Of a stretch of 34,706 nucleotides of DNA, positions 1 to 7,719 are shown piece after piece (the stretch's first letter is position 1; each line of letters begins with the position of its first letter). Below the pieces are notes generated by a model that saw only the letters and a program-made list of their open reading frames with translations, was not told the origin of the DNA and searched no databases. The stretch is taken from IMG/VR virus record IMGVR_UViG_3300045944_000246, positions 1 to 34,706 of that record; one strand, given 5' to 3'. The position numbers and the translations under genes were made by a program. This DNA is from a virus. Its lineage: Duplodnaviria; Caudoviricetes.

Positions 1-127
1 CGCGACATGGTCAGGGTGATCCGGTAACGGCAGCGGTGACGCGAACCAGAAGAATCCGTAGGCGTCTGGGATCACCTCCTCAGACAGCGTCCAATCTGGG
101 ATCGCAGGCGCGGCATCCTGAACGAGC
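1..127 (+). repeat. Terminal direct repeat, identical to 34580-34706 (probably assembly overlap of a circular contig)
   Basis: Exact match by direct comparison; lies inside a coding region; 127 is a common maximum assembler k-mer. Confidence 0.95.
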
Positions 128-354
128 GTCAGCGGCACACCAGACCAGTAGTACGGGGCACCCTGCATCAGTGATGCCAGCGTTGCTGACCGGAATGACT
201 GTTCTACGGTGTTCGCATCCATCGCCGGTCGGTCATGTGGGCTGAGGTTTCCCATCACATCACGGAACCACCGGCGCCCGTTCGGGTTGTCGGTGAGCCA
301 ATCCACCAGCGCGGCCCGTTGTTCCAATGCATCGCTGAATCGCGCATCGATCAC
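1..354 (-). CDS. 5' part of a ~312-aa hypothetical protein that continues across the circular junction to 33995
   Basis: GTG at 354 overlaps the primase stop (GTGA); the frame MIDARFSDALEQRAALVDW... runs without a stop into ...EEVIPDAYGFFWF of ORF 33995..34654. Confidence 0.8.
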   Translation of the reverse strand, partial: MIDARFSDALEQRAALVDWLTDNPNGRRWFRDVMGNLSPHDRPAMDANTVEQSFRSATLASLMQGAPYYWSGVPLTLVQDAAPAIPDWTLSEEVIPDAYGFFWFASPLPLPDHPDHVA

Positions 355-2000
355 ACCGGCACCGCCTCGTCCTGCAGCGCATCAGCGAGATGGGGCAGGC
401 ACACGTCGCCCACCGACAGCGGCGCATCCGGGTCACAGACACAGCAGGGGGGCCGCTTTTCGCAACTTGCGTAAGAGGGAAAACGGAGCGGAAGGGAACG
501 ATCTTCCTGTTTCGCAAGTTGCGAAAAGCGGAATCCGGCCGGGTAGAGTTCGGTTCCATCGCGGGTGACGGCGGCCAGGGGGAGGCCGCACTCGCCGCAG
601 CGGGCGACATGGACGGACTCCAACCGGACGGTGAGGTCGACGTCGCCGTCCTGGGGGCAGGGCAGCGGCTGGTCGGTGAGGTCGGGCACGGGGACGCTCG
701 ATGGCGGCGCCTTCCGAATCGTGCTGCGCTTCGCTTTGACCAGGCAGTCAGGGACGGACTCGGCGAAGACGTGGAGCGTCTCGGCGAGGCGCTGGTGGGT
801 GGGAACGATCCGGATGTAGGGCCGCGGGCCGTCGGTGACTTCACCCGTGTAGGGATTGGCGGGGAGGTAGTGGGTGGTCTTGGTGAGCGACCCGTCCGTG
901 ATGCGCGCATCACGGGCACGGATCAGGGTGTCCTCGGAGACGTGCGCGCGGCGGGCGATGGCCGGGAGACTGATGAAGGGCACGCGGCGTATGGGGGCGT
1001 GCACCTCGTAGGCGAGCACGAGTTGGGCGACTTTAAAACTGGGGGAGGCGGCGGAGTAGATCAGCGCGCGGGTCGTACGGCTGAGGGCCTTGAGCGCCGA
1101 CACGTCGGGCGGGTCGTCCGCGCTGCAGCGGCAGTCCGGATGTGGGGTGGGTGGCGCCTGGGCCGCGAGGGCGGCGATCGCGGTGAAGTGGCGCGGGGTC
1201 CAGTCCTGATCAAACCAGTCGGAGGCGTCGCCACGCTCGGAGAGTCCGGGGAGTCGCACGATCGTGACCGATGCCGCGGAGCCGTCGAGTGCGCGGGCGA
1301 CCGCCTCTGCGTGGCGGCGGCCGGCCTCGTCCTCGTCGGGCACGACCAGCACATGGTGGCCGCGCAGCACGGAGGCTGCCGCCGCCCGCCACTTGCCGGC
1401 GCCACCACTGTTACACGTGGCATGGAAGCCGAGTGACCGGAAGCGGTCGACGTCCTTCTCGCCCTCGGCCGCGATCACGGTGGAGCCGGGTGGGAGTGCG
1501 GCGATCTCGTCCTGGTGATAGAGGCGGGGCGCGACGCCGTCGAGGTTCCAGATCCACGCCCCATCACGGTCGGGGGCCGGCCGGCGCTGGCGGAACGTCT
1601 TTGACCCATCGGGGAGCCTGAGCCGCACGACCTGATAGTGGCCGTCGTAGTCGTAGATGGCCTCAATCGTGCCGTGCGGACGCTCGGCCTTCCGCGGTTT
1701 GGCCCAGGTGCGGCCGGCCTGGGCCGATGCGCGGGTGGCCTGGCGCATCGCCGCATCGAAGGCATCGGCGCCGTGGTCGTGGCCGCATGGACAGCGACCG
1801 AGCAGCCGGTGGGCGTAGCCGGATGAGCCGCCGTTCAGGGGCAGCCGGCCAGCCAGTTCCGCCCGCGTACAGTGCGCGTACACCCCATCCGAACTGAGAA
1901 AGCCCCAGCAGCGCACGCCCTGATGACGGGGCATGTCCTGGTGGGAGCCACACACGGGGCAGGGCGACTCGGCTGAGAAACGGCGAACGGCATCAGACAT
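351..2000 (-). CDS. Primase-like replication protein (N-terminal Cys/Zn motif, TOPRIM domain, C-terminal HTH-like and Cys-rich region)
   Basis: CPVC...CWG...HCT; TOPRIM motifs AEGEKD, PDEDEAG and GDASDW; start set at ATG 2000 behind GAGGGG. Confidence 0.8.
   Translation of the reverse strand: MSDAVRRFSAESPCPVCGSHQDMPRHQGVRCWGFLSSDGVYAHCTRAELAGRLPLNGGSSGYAHRLLGRCPCGHDHGADAFDAAMRQATRASAQAGRTWAKPRKAERPHGTIEAIYDYDGHYQVVRLRLPDGSKTFRQRRPAPDRDGAWIWNLDGVAPRLYHQDEIAALPPGSTVIAAEGEKDVDRFRSLGFHATCNSGGAGKWRAAAASVLRGHHVLVVPDEDEAGRRHAEAVARALDGSAASVTIVRLPGLSERGDASDWFDQDWTPRHFTAIAALAAQAPPTPHPDCRCSADDPPDVSALKALSRTTRALIYSAASPSFKVAQLVLAYEVHAPIRRVPFISLPAIARRAHVSEDTLIRARDARITDGSLTKTTHYLPANPYTGEVTDGPRPYIRIVPTHQRLAETLHVFAESVPDCLVKAKRSTIRKAPPSSVPVPDLTDQPLPCPQDGDVDLTVRLESVHVARCGECGLPLAAVTRDGTELYPAGFRFSQLAKQEDRSLPLRFPSYASCEKRPPCCVCDPDAPLSVGDVCLPHLADALQDEAVPV
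453..531. repeat. Perfect 19-bp inverted repeat, candidate replication origin
   Basis: CCGCTTTTCGCAACTTGCG (453-471) and its reverse complement (513-531) with a purine-rich spacer. Confidence 0.6.
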
Positions 2001-2114
2001 AGCAACCCCTCGGAGGAAGATTGACGGCGGCCACGACAGCGGATGGCCGGAACGGAATCCGCTGCCGTAGCCGGCGGCCGAGCCCCTCCCCAGGCGGCTC
2101 GGCACGGTGACGGC

Positions 2115-3200
2115 TTAGTCGAAGGCGGCGACCACGGCGACCGTCTCCGACAGCGCCGCCACCAGTTCGTCGGCCTGGGCGAGCGAGAGCTGCCCAGGCC
2201 CGCGGCGGAACTCGTCCTGACAGCGCTCAATCAATTGCTGGTCGCTGATGCCGGCATCGCCGGCTAAGGCCGCGATCATCTGCCGGTGCTCAGCGGTGAG
2301 CGGCATCACGTCCACGCGCCGGCAGGGCGGCGAGCCGGCCCCGAGGCTGTGGCGCCAGGCGGACGCCTCCTGGTCCGGACCAAGCACCCACTGCCGGGGC
2401 GCGTGGTCGGGGCACGACTCAAAGGCGAGCAGGAAACGGCCGCCCTTCGGATTGGGCAGCGTGATGCAGCGCAGACCGCCCACCAGCCACACCGCTGCGT
2501 CACTGCCGTCACGGTCGGTGACGGTCTCGTCCGTTGCGACCGCCTCCGGGTGCGGCAGCTTCACGGCCGGCGGTTCGTTGGCCAACCACGGCGCCGCCTG
2601 GGTCGCGGACTGCCCGATGAGCTCGGCCGGGTCCGGCATCTCCTCAGCCGGGTCCGACACCGACGCCGCCTTCGGCACGCTGATGACATGCCCCTCGCCG
2701 TCCACCACCGCACCGAGCTCCTCCGGTGTGTAGACCACGCCGCCGAAGATGTCGGCGCAGTACCAGCGCGCGCCATTGGACATCGCCCGCGCGAACAACA
2801 GGTTGCGGGGATACTGGGTCCACACCTTGTTCGTGCTGGGCAACCCGGCGCGGCGGGCATCGGCCATCGTGAAGGTGCTGACGCCGGCGCGTTCGCCCCG
2901 GTAGACGAACTCGATCGAGCACTCGTCATCGGTGTGGGTGAGCACGCGGTAGTCGTAGGCAGTGCTGCGGCGGATGACGGAGGCGATCAGGCCGGCCGAG
3001 GGCGCCGGCTTGCCCTGGATGATGTGAATACCGACCAGCGACGCAATGGCGGAAATGCCCATCTCCTGGCCGTACAGAATCTTGGTCACGGCCTGGGCCT
3101 GGGTCTTCGCATCGGTGAAGTAGCCGGACTGGGCCAGCACCTGGCCGAGCGTCATCAGGTCAAGGCCGGCATCAGCGGGGATGAGGGACTGGGATGTCAT
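2115..3200 (-). CDS. RecT-like single-strand annealing protein
   Basis: KILYGQEMG...IHIIQGKP...WTQYPRNLLFARA...GVVYTPEELG pattern; AAGGAG RBS before ATG 3200. Confidence 0.75.
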   Translation of the reverse strand: MTSQSLIPADAGLDLMTLGQVLAQSGYFTDAKTQAQAVTKILYGQEMGISAIASLVGIHIIQGKPAPSAGLIASVIRRSTAYDYRVLTHTDDECSIEFVYRGERAGVSTFTMADARRAGLPSTNKVWTQYPRNLLFARAMSNGARWYCADIFGGVVYTPEELGAVVDGEGHVISVPKAASVSDPAEEMPDPAELIGQSATQAAPWLANEPPAVKLPHPEAVATDETVTDRDGSDAAVWLVGGLRCITLPNPKGGRFLLAFESCPDHAPRQWVLGPDQEASAWRHSLGAGSPPCRRVDVMPLTAEHRQMIAALAGDAGISDQQLIERCQDEFRRGPGQLSLAQADELVAALSETVAVVAAFD

Positions 3201-3211
3201 AGCGAACTCCT

Positions 3212-3352
3212 TCATGGCAACCGCCCGCTGACCAGGGCCATGGCGAGTGCGGCGAGCAGCCAGCCGAGCGCCGGCACGAGCAGCCACAGCGCCGCGGCGG
3301 CGAGCCACTCCCACACGGCCTCGGCGGCGTCGGCTTCATCACGTGGCGTCAT
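3212..3352 (-). CDS. Small membrane protein (46 aa)
   Basis: ATG overlaps the methyltransferase stop; long hydrophobic stretch. Confidence 0.6.
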   Translation of the reverse strand: MTPRDEADAAEAVWEWLAAAALWLLVPALGWLLAALAMALVSGRLP

Positions 3353-3999
3353 AGCAGCACCTCTTGCCTGAGGCGATCGGCGGCGATCTCGCAATAGCGT
3401 TCGTTCAGCTCAATACCAATCGCGCGCCGCCCGAGGTCTTTGGCGGCGCGGAGCGTGGTCCCGGAGCCCATGAATGGGTCGATCACCGTTTCGCCGTCCC
3501 CCGCGGCACACGCGACGATGTGGCGCATCGTGTCGAGCGGACGCGGTGCGGGGTGTTCGGACCGCTCGCCGAACACGCCAGCGACATTGCCCACGTGATA
3601 GTCGCGGTTGAGCGTGGCGGAGTTCGGCGCGGCGTTCGACGCATTCGTCCAGAAGATCACCGGGTCCCAGCTATGCCAGACGCCGGTCGGCCGAATCTGG
3701 GCAAAGTTCTTGCAGGCGGCGAAGATGCGCCAGACGTCGGGAAACCAGTCGTGCCAGTCCGCGCAGCGGCGCATCGCTTGGAACACAAAACAGTAGCCCG
3801 TGATGCCGCGCACGGCTTCCGCGACCAACCAGCGGATCATCGCCGGATAGGCGGCGGGGTCGTCGTCCCACGTGGCGCGTGGCCAGCCGATGCCATACGG
3901 CGGGTCGGTAACGAGCGCGTCGGCGGACAGGCCGGGCAGGATGTCGCGGCAATCGCCGTGATAGATGGTGACGCCGGCGTGGTCGTAGTACGGCGTCAT
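3349..3999 (-). CDS. DNA methyltransferase, N4-C/N6-A family (beta motif order)
   Basis: DPPY catalytic motif precedes the DPFMGSGTT SAM-binding motif; ends GIELNERYCEIA; start coupled to the upstream stop. Confidence 0.92.
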   Translation of the reverse strand: MTPYYDHAGVTIYHGDCRDILPGLSADALVTDPPYGIGWPRATWDDDPAAYPAMIRWLVAEAVRGITGYCFVFQAMRRCADWHDWFPDVWRIFAACKNFAQIRPTGVWHSWDPVIFWTNASNAAPNSATLNRDYHVGNVAGVFGERSEHPAPRPLDTMRHIVACAAGDGETVIDPFMGSGTTLRAAKDLGRRAIGIELNERYCEIAADRLRQEVLL

Positions 4000-4205
4000 C
4001 GGTCCGCCTCCGTCCGGCGCCGATGGGTCTCGGCGTGTGGGCACGATGCGAAATGGGTGACGCGCCCCTGTCGCACCACGCCCTCGGCGTCGTAGATGAC
4101 GACGATGTCGGGGTCGAGCGGCACGGGCGCACCGGTGTGGGTGCGGCCCCACACCATCGGCCGGCCGCAGGAACGGCAGGATGTGACGGGCAGTCGCGGC
4201 GTCAT
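3996..4205 (-). CDS. Small Cys/His zinc-binding phage protein
   Basis: CRSCG...HFASC; overlapping start and stop with both neighbours. Confidence 0.75.
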   Translation of the reverse strand: MTPRLPVTSCRSCGRPMVWGRTHTGAPVPLDPDIVVIYDAEGVVRQGRVTHFASCPHAETHRRRTEADR

Positions 4206-4528
4206 CCGCTCACCTCCAGCGCATCGAGCGCCCGCACCACCGCTGGATTGGCCCGTTCGTAGCGCTTCAACCGCTGCCAGGTGTCATCGCAGTGGCCGTT
4301 GGCGACATCACGCAACCGCACGAGCGTGGCTGGCGGCCGGCCATCGTAGCGGTCGTTGTGCACGGACTCGTCCAGGTGGGTGAAACTCGCTGCCGCGCGT
4401 TCGTACTCGGTGCGGAGCACGCGCAACTGCGTGAGCTGGTGCAGGCTCACGCCCTCGCGGGTCATCGCGTCGCAGACGGCGTGACCGGGGCAGGTATGGA
4501 CGGCGGTGGTGGTGTGCGGTACGGTCAT
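4202..4528 (-). CDS. Hypothetical protein (108 aa)
   Basis: AAAGGA RBS; fits operon tiling. Confidence 0.7.
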   Translation of the reverse strand: MTVPHTTTAVHTCPGHAVCDAMTREGVSLHQLTQLRVLRTEYERAAASFTHLDESVHNDRYDGRPPATLVRLRDVANGHCDDTWQRLKRYERANPAVVRALDALEVSG

Positions 4529-4550
4529 AACGTACGGTTTTCCTTTCGTG

Positions 4551-4588
4551 GACCCCTCTCAGTCGCGTGGTGGCAGCGGAGAGGGGTC
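4551..4588 (-). other. Intergenic stem-loop (10-bp stem), possible attenuator or terminator in the early operon
   Basis: GACCCCTCTC (4551-4560) pairs with GAGAGGGGTC (4579-4588); no clear U-tail on the minus strand. Confidence 0.45.
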
Positions 4589-4597
4589 TTCGTTCGT

Positions 4598-4852
4598 TCA
4601 GGCTGATCGCGGTGTATAGACCCACTCCCGAGCGGCGGTGGGTGCGCGTAGTGCAGGCGTGCGCCGCCCCTGCGATACCCTGCGGACCCGTTCGGCCACA
4701 AAGGCATCGAGGTCACTGCGGCGGATGCGGCGCACCGTGTGCGACAGCACCACCACCGGCAGCCGTCCGCGTGCCACCCAGGCGGAGAGCGTGCGCGGCG
4801 CGATGCCGAGCACGGCGGCGGCCTCGTCGTAGGTCAAGAGCGGCTCGTTCAT
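4598..4852 (-). CDS. Excisionase-like HTH DNA-binding protein
   Basis: LLTYDEAAAVLGIAPRTLSAWVARGRLP...RIRRSDLDAFV, a MerR-like/HTH_17 pattern. Confidence 0.85.
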   Translation of the reverse strand: MNEPLLTYDEAAAVLGIAPRTLSAWVARGRLPVVVLSHTVRRIRRSDLDAFVAERVRRVSQGRRTPALRAPTAAREWVYTPRSA

Positions 4853-4859
4853 GTGACGG

Positions 4860-5120
4860 TCATCCTGCCACCTCTGCCCGCTTGCTGTCATCCGCTGCCC
4901 GCGTGCTTGCACCGAGCGACAACAAAACGGCCAGGGCGAGCGGCGCAAGGTCCGGGAACGCCCGCATCACGCCCTGGAGCGTGCGCGGACCGGGTCGGGT
5001 CTGCCCCGTGCGTTGCAGCCGCCACGTTTCCCGATTGACCCCGAGCTGGGCGGCAAACACGAGGTCGCTCTGGCCTTCGGCCACCTGGCGGGCGCGCAAC
5101 ACATCCACTAGATCAATCAT
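4860..5120 (-). CDS. Cro-like HTH regulator
   Basis: FAAQLGVNRETW...GQTRPG HTH pattern; divergent from the repressor. Confidence 0.75.
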   Translation of the reverse strand: MIDLVDVLRARQVAEGQSDLVFAAQLGVNRETWRLQRTGQTRPGPRTLQGVMRAFPDLAPLALAVLLSLGASTRAADDSKRAEVAG

Positions 5121-5122
5121 AG

Positions 5123-5138
5123 TGCAAGCATGCTTGCA
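5123..5138. promoter_or_regulatory. Operator 1, 16-bp perfect palindrome TGCAAGCATGCTTGCA
   Basis: 2 bp upstream of the Cro-like start; matches operator 2 at 14/16 positions. Confidence 0.8.
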
Positions 5139-5207
5139 TATCAAGCAAGCACCGTCAACACCGAGTAGCTCGCACCCCTTCCCCCCGCCATAGCCGCTCG
5201 CTGAGAA

Positions 5208-5223
5208 TGCAAGTATACTTGCA
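5208..5223. promoter_or_regulatory. Operator 2, 16-bp perfect palindrome TGCAAGTATACTTGCA containing the -10 box TATACT
   Basis: 3 bp upstream of the repressor ATG; TATACT at 5214-5219 is 7 nt before the ATG. Confidence 0.8.
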
Positions 5224-5226
5224 GGT

Positions 5227-5628
5227 ATGGTGGGCGTGGCGGCACCTGAGATCGGCATCCGCGTGCGGCGGTTACGTGCGGAATTGGGCTGGACGCAAGG
5301 CCAGCTCGCCGTGCAGGCGTCCCACAAAGGACCGCAGGAGATCTCGCGCGGGTGGCTCTCGCAGGTTGAGTCCGGCGACATCGATAAGCCGGAGGCCGGT
5401 CGCCTCAATCAACTTGCGCTCGCGCTCGGAACGACCGTCGATTACCTGATGAACGGGCCGGCGCCGGACGGCTCCGTCACGCTGACCGTGCCCGAAAATG
5501 TCGCCCCCCGCCTCAACCGGCTCAAGGATGTCCCCGGCGACGTGCTCGATGCGCTCGAACACCTCGTCGCCCGCACCCATCTACGCCAGCCAGACGCCGA
5601 CGAGCACGCCGAGCGTGAACGCGAGTAG
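5227..5628 (+). CDS. XRE-family HTH immunity repressor
   Basis: IGIRVRRLRAELGWTQGQLA...SRGWLSQVESG...LALALGTTVDYL; directly upstream of the integrase. Confidence 0.88.
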   Translation: MVGVAAPEIGIRVRRLRAELGWTQGQLAVQASHKGPQEISRGWLSQVESGDIDKPEAGRLNQLALALGTTVDYLMNGPAPDGSVTLTVPENVAPRLNRLKDVPGDVLDALEHLVARTHLRQPDADEHAERERE

Positions 5629-5725
5629 GTAGCCGAGCAGGATGCGGGACGCCAGCACGCGGTCACGGTCGCTCATACCTGAAGCGTCCCACACCGGTCG
5701 CCGCGGTGTCTGACTGAGGTGTCAC

Positions 5726-6793
5726 ATGCCGCGCCGCTCCCCCGCCACCGGCCAGGTCTTTTACAAACAGGCAACGCGGCAGTGGGTGATCCGCGCACAT
5801 GGCGTCGAACGCACCAGCAAAGCCTGGCGCACGCGCAGAGATGCTACCCAGGCGCTTGAGACGCTGCTGGCGGCCTTCGCCCAGCCGCAGACGCCTCCAC
5901 CATCACCGGCCCTCACTCTGGGTGATTACCTGCCCGCCTGGCTCGCCGGCATCCGTCACCGTCTGCGCCCCACATCGCTCCTCACCTATGACGCCGCCCT
6001 CGCCATGTGGCTCCCAACCCTCGGCGCCTGTCCACTGGACCAGCTCACCCCCCAGCACTGCCGCCGCGCCCTCGCCGACCTGCTGTCGCCCGAATCCCCC
6101 GGCGTGCGTGCCTATGCCCCATCCACCGTCGTCAAGGCCCGCGCGATTCTCTCGATGGCCCTCGCCGATGCCGTTGATGACGAGCTCATCCCGCGCAACC
6201 CACTGCGCCGCGTGCCGCCGCCACGCATCCCCGAGCGCGAGCCGCGGCCCTTCACCGTACCTGAAGTCCGCCGCATCCTGCAGAGTGTCCAGCACACACC
6301 GCTGGTCGCCGCGGTCACCCTGGCCTGCTGCTACGGCCTGCGCGCCGGCGAGGTCGCAGGACTTCAGTGGGCCGATATCACCGAAACGTCCGTGTCCATT
6401 CAGCGTCAGCACCCAGGCACCGGTGTCGGCCACCGGGCCACCAAGACGCCGGCCGCCACCCGCAGCCTGCCGCTGATTCCCCTGGTCGCCGCGGCGCTCG
6501 CCCAACAGCGGACCCTGCAGGACGCGTCGCAGTACGTCGTCGGCGTCCGGCGTGAATCGCTCGGAAGGCAATGGCGGCAGCACGTCCAGGCGGCAGGCAT
6601 CCCGCGGCGCACCTTCCACGAGCTGCGTCACGCCGCCGTCACGCTGCTCGCATCACTCGGCGTTGATGAGCAGGTGCGGATGATGGTGGTGGGGCACTCA
6701 GCCGTCGCCGTCCATCGCCGCTATCGCGCCGTCTCAGGCGAGCTGGTGGCCGATGCGTTGGCGCGGCTGGGAGACGCCATCCAGCCCCCTTAG
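5726..6793 (+). CDS. int: Tyrosine integrase
   Basis: Catalytic set GLRAGE (R), TKT (K), HELRH (HxxR), VGHS (H), HRRY (Y); SAM-like core-binding region; GAGGT RBS. Confidence 0.93.
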   Translation: MPRRSPATGQVFYKQATRQWVIRAHGVERTSKAWRTRRDATQALETLLAAFAQPQTPPPSPALTLGDYLPAWLAGIRHRLRPTSLLTYDAALAMWLPTLGACPLDQLTPQHCRRALADLLSPESPGVRAYAPSTVVKARAILSMALADAVDDELIPRNPLRRVPPPRIPEREPRPFTVPEVRRILQSVQHTPLVAAVTLACCYGLRAGEVAGLQWADITETSVSIQRQHPGTGVGHRATKTPAATRSLPLIPLVAAALAQQRTLQDASQYVVGVRRESLGRQWRQHVQAAGIPRRTFHELRHAAVTLLASLGVDEQVRMMVVGHSAVAVHRRYRAVSGELVADALARLGDAIQPP

Positions 6794-6966
6794 CCGCTGG
6801 TGTAGCCGTTTGCTCTGAGCCATGCGAGCAGCGCGAGGATCGACGGCACGCCGCACGCGGCCGACGTGGCGCCGCAGCCGTCCGAGCCGCCGCACTGGAT
6901 CGACAGCTCCGGCGTGTCATCATCCTGCCGCCAGCGCCTGATCGTCCAGGCACATCGATGGGACAT
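6790..6966 (-). CDS. Small Cys-containing hypothetical protein (58 aa, below the ORF-track cutoff)
   Basis: AGGAG RBS, ATG 6966, MSHRCAWTIRRW...LAWLRANGYTSG; stop overlaps the integrase stop. Confidence 0.55.
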   Translation of the reverse strand: MSHRCAWTIRRWRQDDDTPELSIQCGGSDGCGATSAACGVPSILALLAWLRANGYTSG

Positions 6967-6987
6967 GGCACGCTCCTGCGGAGAGGT

Positions 6988-7170
6988 GAACGTGGAGGTG
7001 AACGTGGAGTCGGGTCCTGGACGCTGATGGATGAATCTATTTTGGCCACCGTTCCAGTAAGGTCCATTCGGCCAGGCGGATTCGCCGAATCTGGACTACC
7101 GGCAGGAGGGCGCCGTTTCATGCCGGATTTCGCCCGTTTCTGCCGCGCGAAGGTGGAGATGAAGGTGGAG
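6988..7170. other. Putative attP with arm-type repeats
   Basis: GAA(C/G)GTGGAG at 6988, 7000, 7149 and 7161, two pairs at 12-bp spacing flanking an AT-richer core that includes TCCAGTAAGGTCCA (7053-7066). Confidence 0.6.
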
Positions 7171-7357
7171 GTGGGGGGCGCCGGCCGGGACGGAGGTGGC
7201 CACGGTCGCGCCATGCCTCCACCTCGCGCGCCTCAATCAGCCACATGCGCCCGTCCACCTGGGTGCCCCGCATATGGCCCGTCTTCAGCCGGTGCAACAC
7301 CGTCCGCACCGGCACGCCGAGCTCCGTCGCCGCTTGCGCCACCGTGTATACGTTCAT
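7118..7357 (-). CDS. Second excisionase-like HTH protein
   Basis: YTVAQAATELGVPVRTVLHRLKTG...GRMWLI; extended -10 TGcTAGGCT 6 nt before the ATG. Confidence 0.8.
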   Translation of the reverse strand: MNVYTVAQAATELGVPVRTVLHRLKTGHMRGTQVDGRMWLIEAREVEAWRDRGHLRPGRRPPPPPSSPPSRGRNGRNPA

Positions 7358-7363
7358 GGGATG

Positions 7364-7430
7364 AGCCTAGCAAATCTTGCGAATCTTGGCAAGATACCCC
7401 TTGACATACATTGCGTAGTTTGGCAAGATA
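7364..7430. promoter_or_regulatory. Divergent promoter region with repeated ATCTTG/CAAGAT sites
   Basis: TTGACA 7401-7406, then 17 bp, then CAAGAT preceded by TG; palindrome ATCTTGGCAAGAT 7383-7395; leftward TAGGCT 7364-7369. Confidence 0.65.
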
Positions 7431-7458
7431 TAAGAAGAGAACAGCGGAGGCTTCAGCC

Positions 7459-7704
7459 ATGACCCAGGCTACCATCAGCAGCATCGTCTGGACGGTTCCC
7501 TCGTCCACCACCCCCGGCGCCGAGTACCGCGTCTGCGCCATCAGCCCCACGGGCCTGCTGACGTGCTCGTGCCGCGCTGGACAGTTCAACAAGCTGTGCA
7601 AGCACGTTCGCTCAGTCGTTGCCGGCAGCGCGGGCCGCCCAGTCGTCCGCGCGACCGTCCACGCCCAGCCCTGCACCGTCGGCACGGTCGACGATCTGTA
7701 CTAG
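7459..7704 (+). CDS. SWIM-type zinc finger protein (81 aa)
   Basis: VPSST...EYRV...TCSC...LCKHV (CxC...CxH); GGAGG RBS. Confidence 0.8.
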   Translation: MTQATISSIVWTVPSSTTPGAEYRVCAISPTGLLTCSCRAGQFNKLCKHVRSVVAGSAGRPVVRATVHAQPCTVGTVDDLY

Positions 7705-7719
7705 GGAGGAGCCCCCCCC

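Noticed and set aside
1-127. Biological direct terminal repeat of the virion DNA
   Set aside because: Length equals a standard assembler k-mer and it falls mid-gene, so an assembly overlap is more likely
390-1436. Long plus-strand ORFs opposite real genes (also 2286..3371, 15050..16150, 18612..19310, 26163..27638)
   Set aside because: Antisense shadows expected in high-GC coding DNA; no motifs and no coupling to neighbours
5629-5682. Stop-codon readthrough or alternative genetic code at the repressor TAG
   Set aside because: TAG, TGA and TAA all end well-defined genes elsewhere in the genome
7040-7110. Complete tRNA gene
   Set aside because: Only a possible 14-nt 3' fragment; no D arm, anticodon arm or TTC loop
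6639-7214. 191-aa minus ORF and 148-aa plus ORF (6958..7404) across the att region
   Set aside because: Low-complexity translations overlapping better-supported genes and the arm repeats
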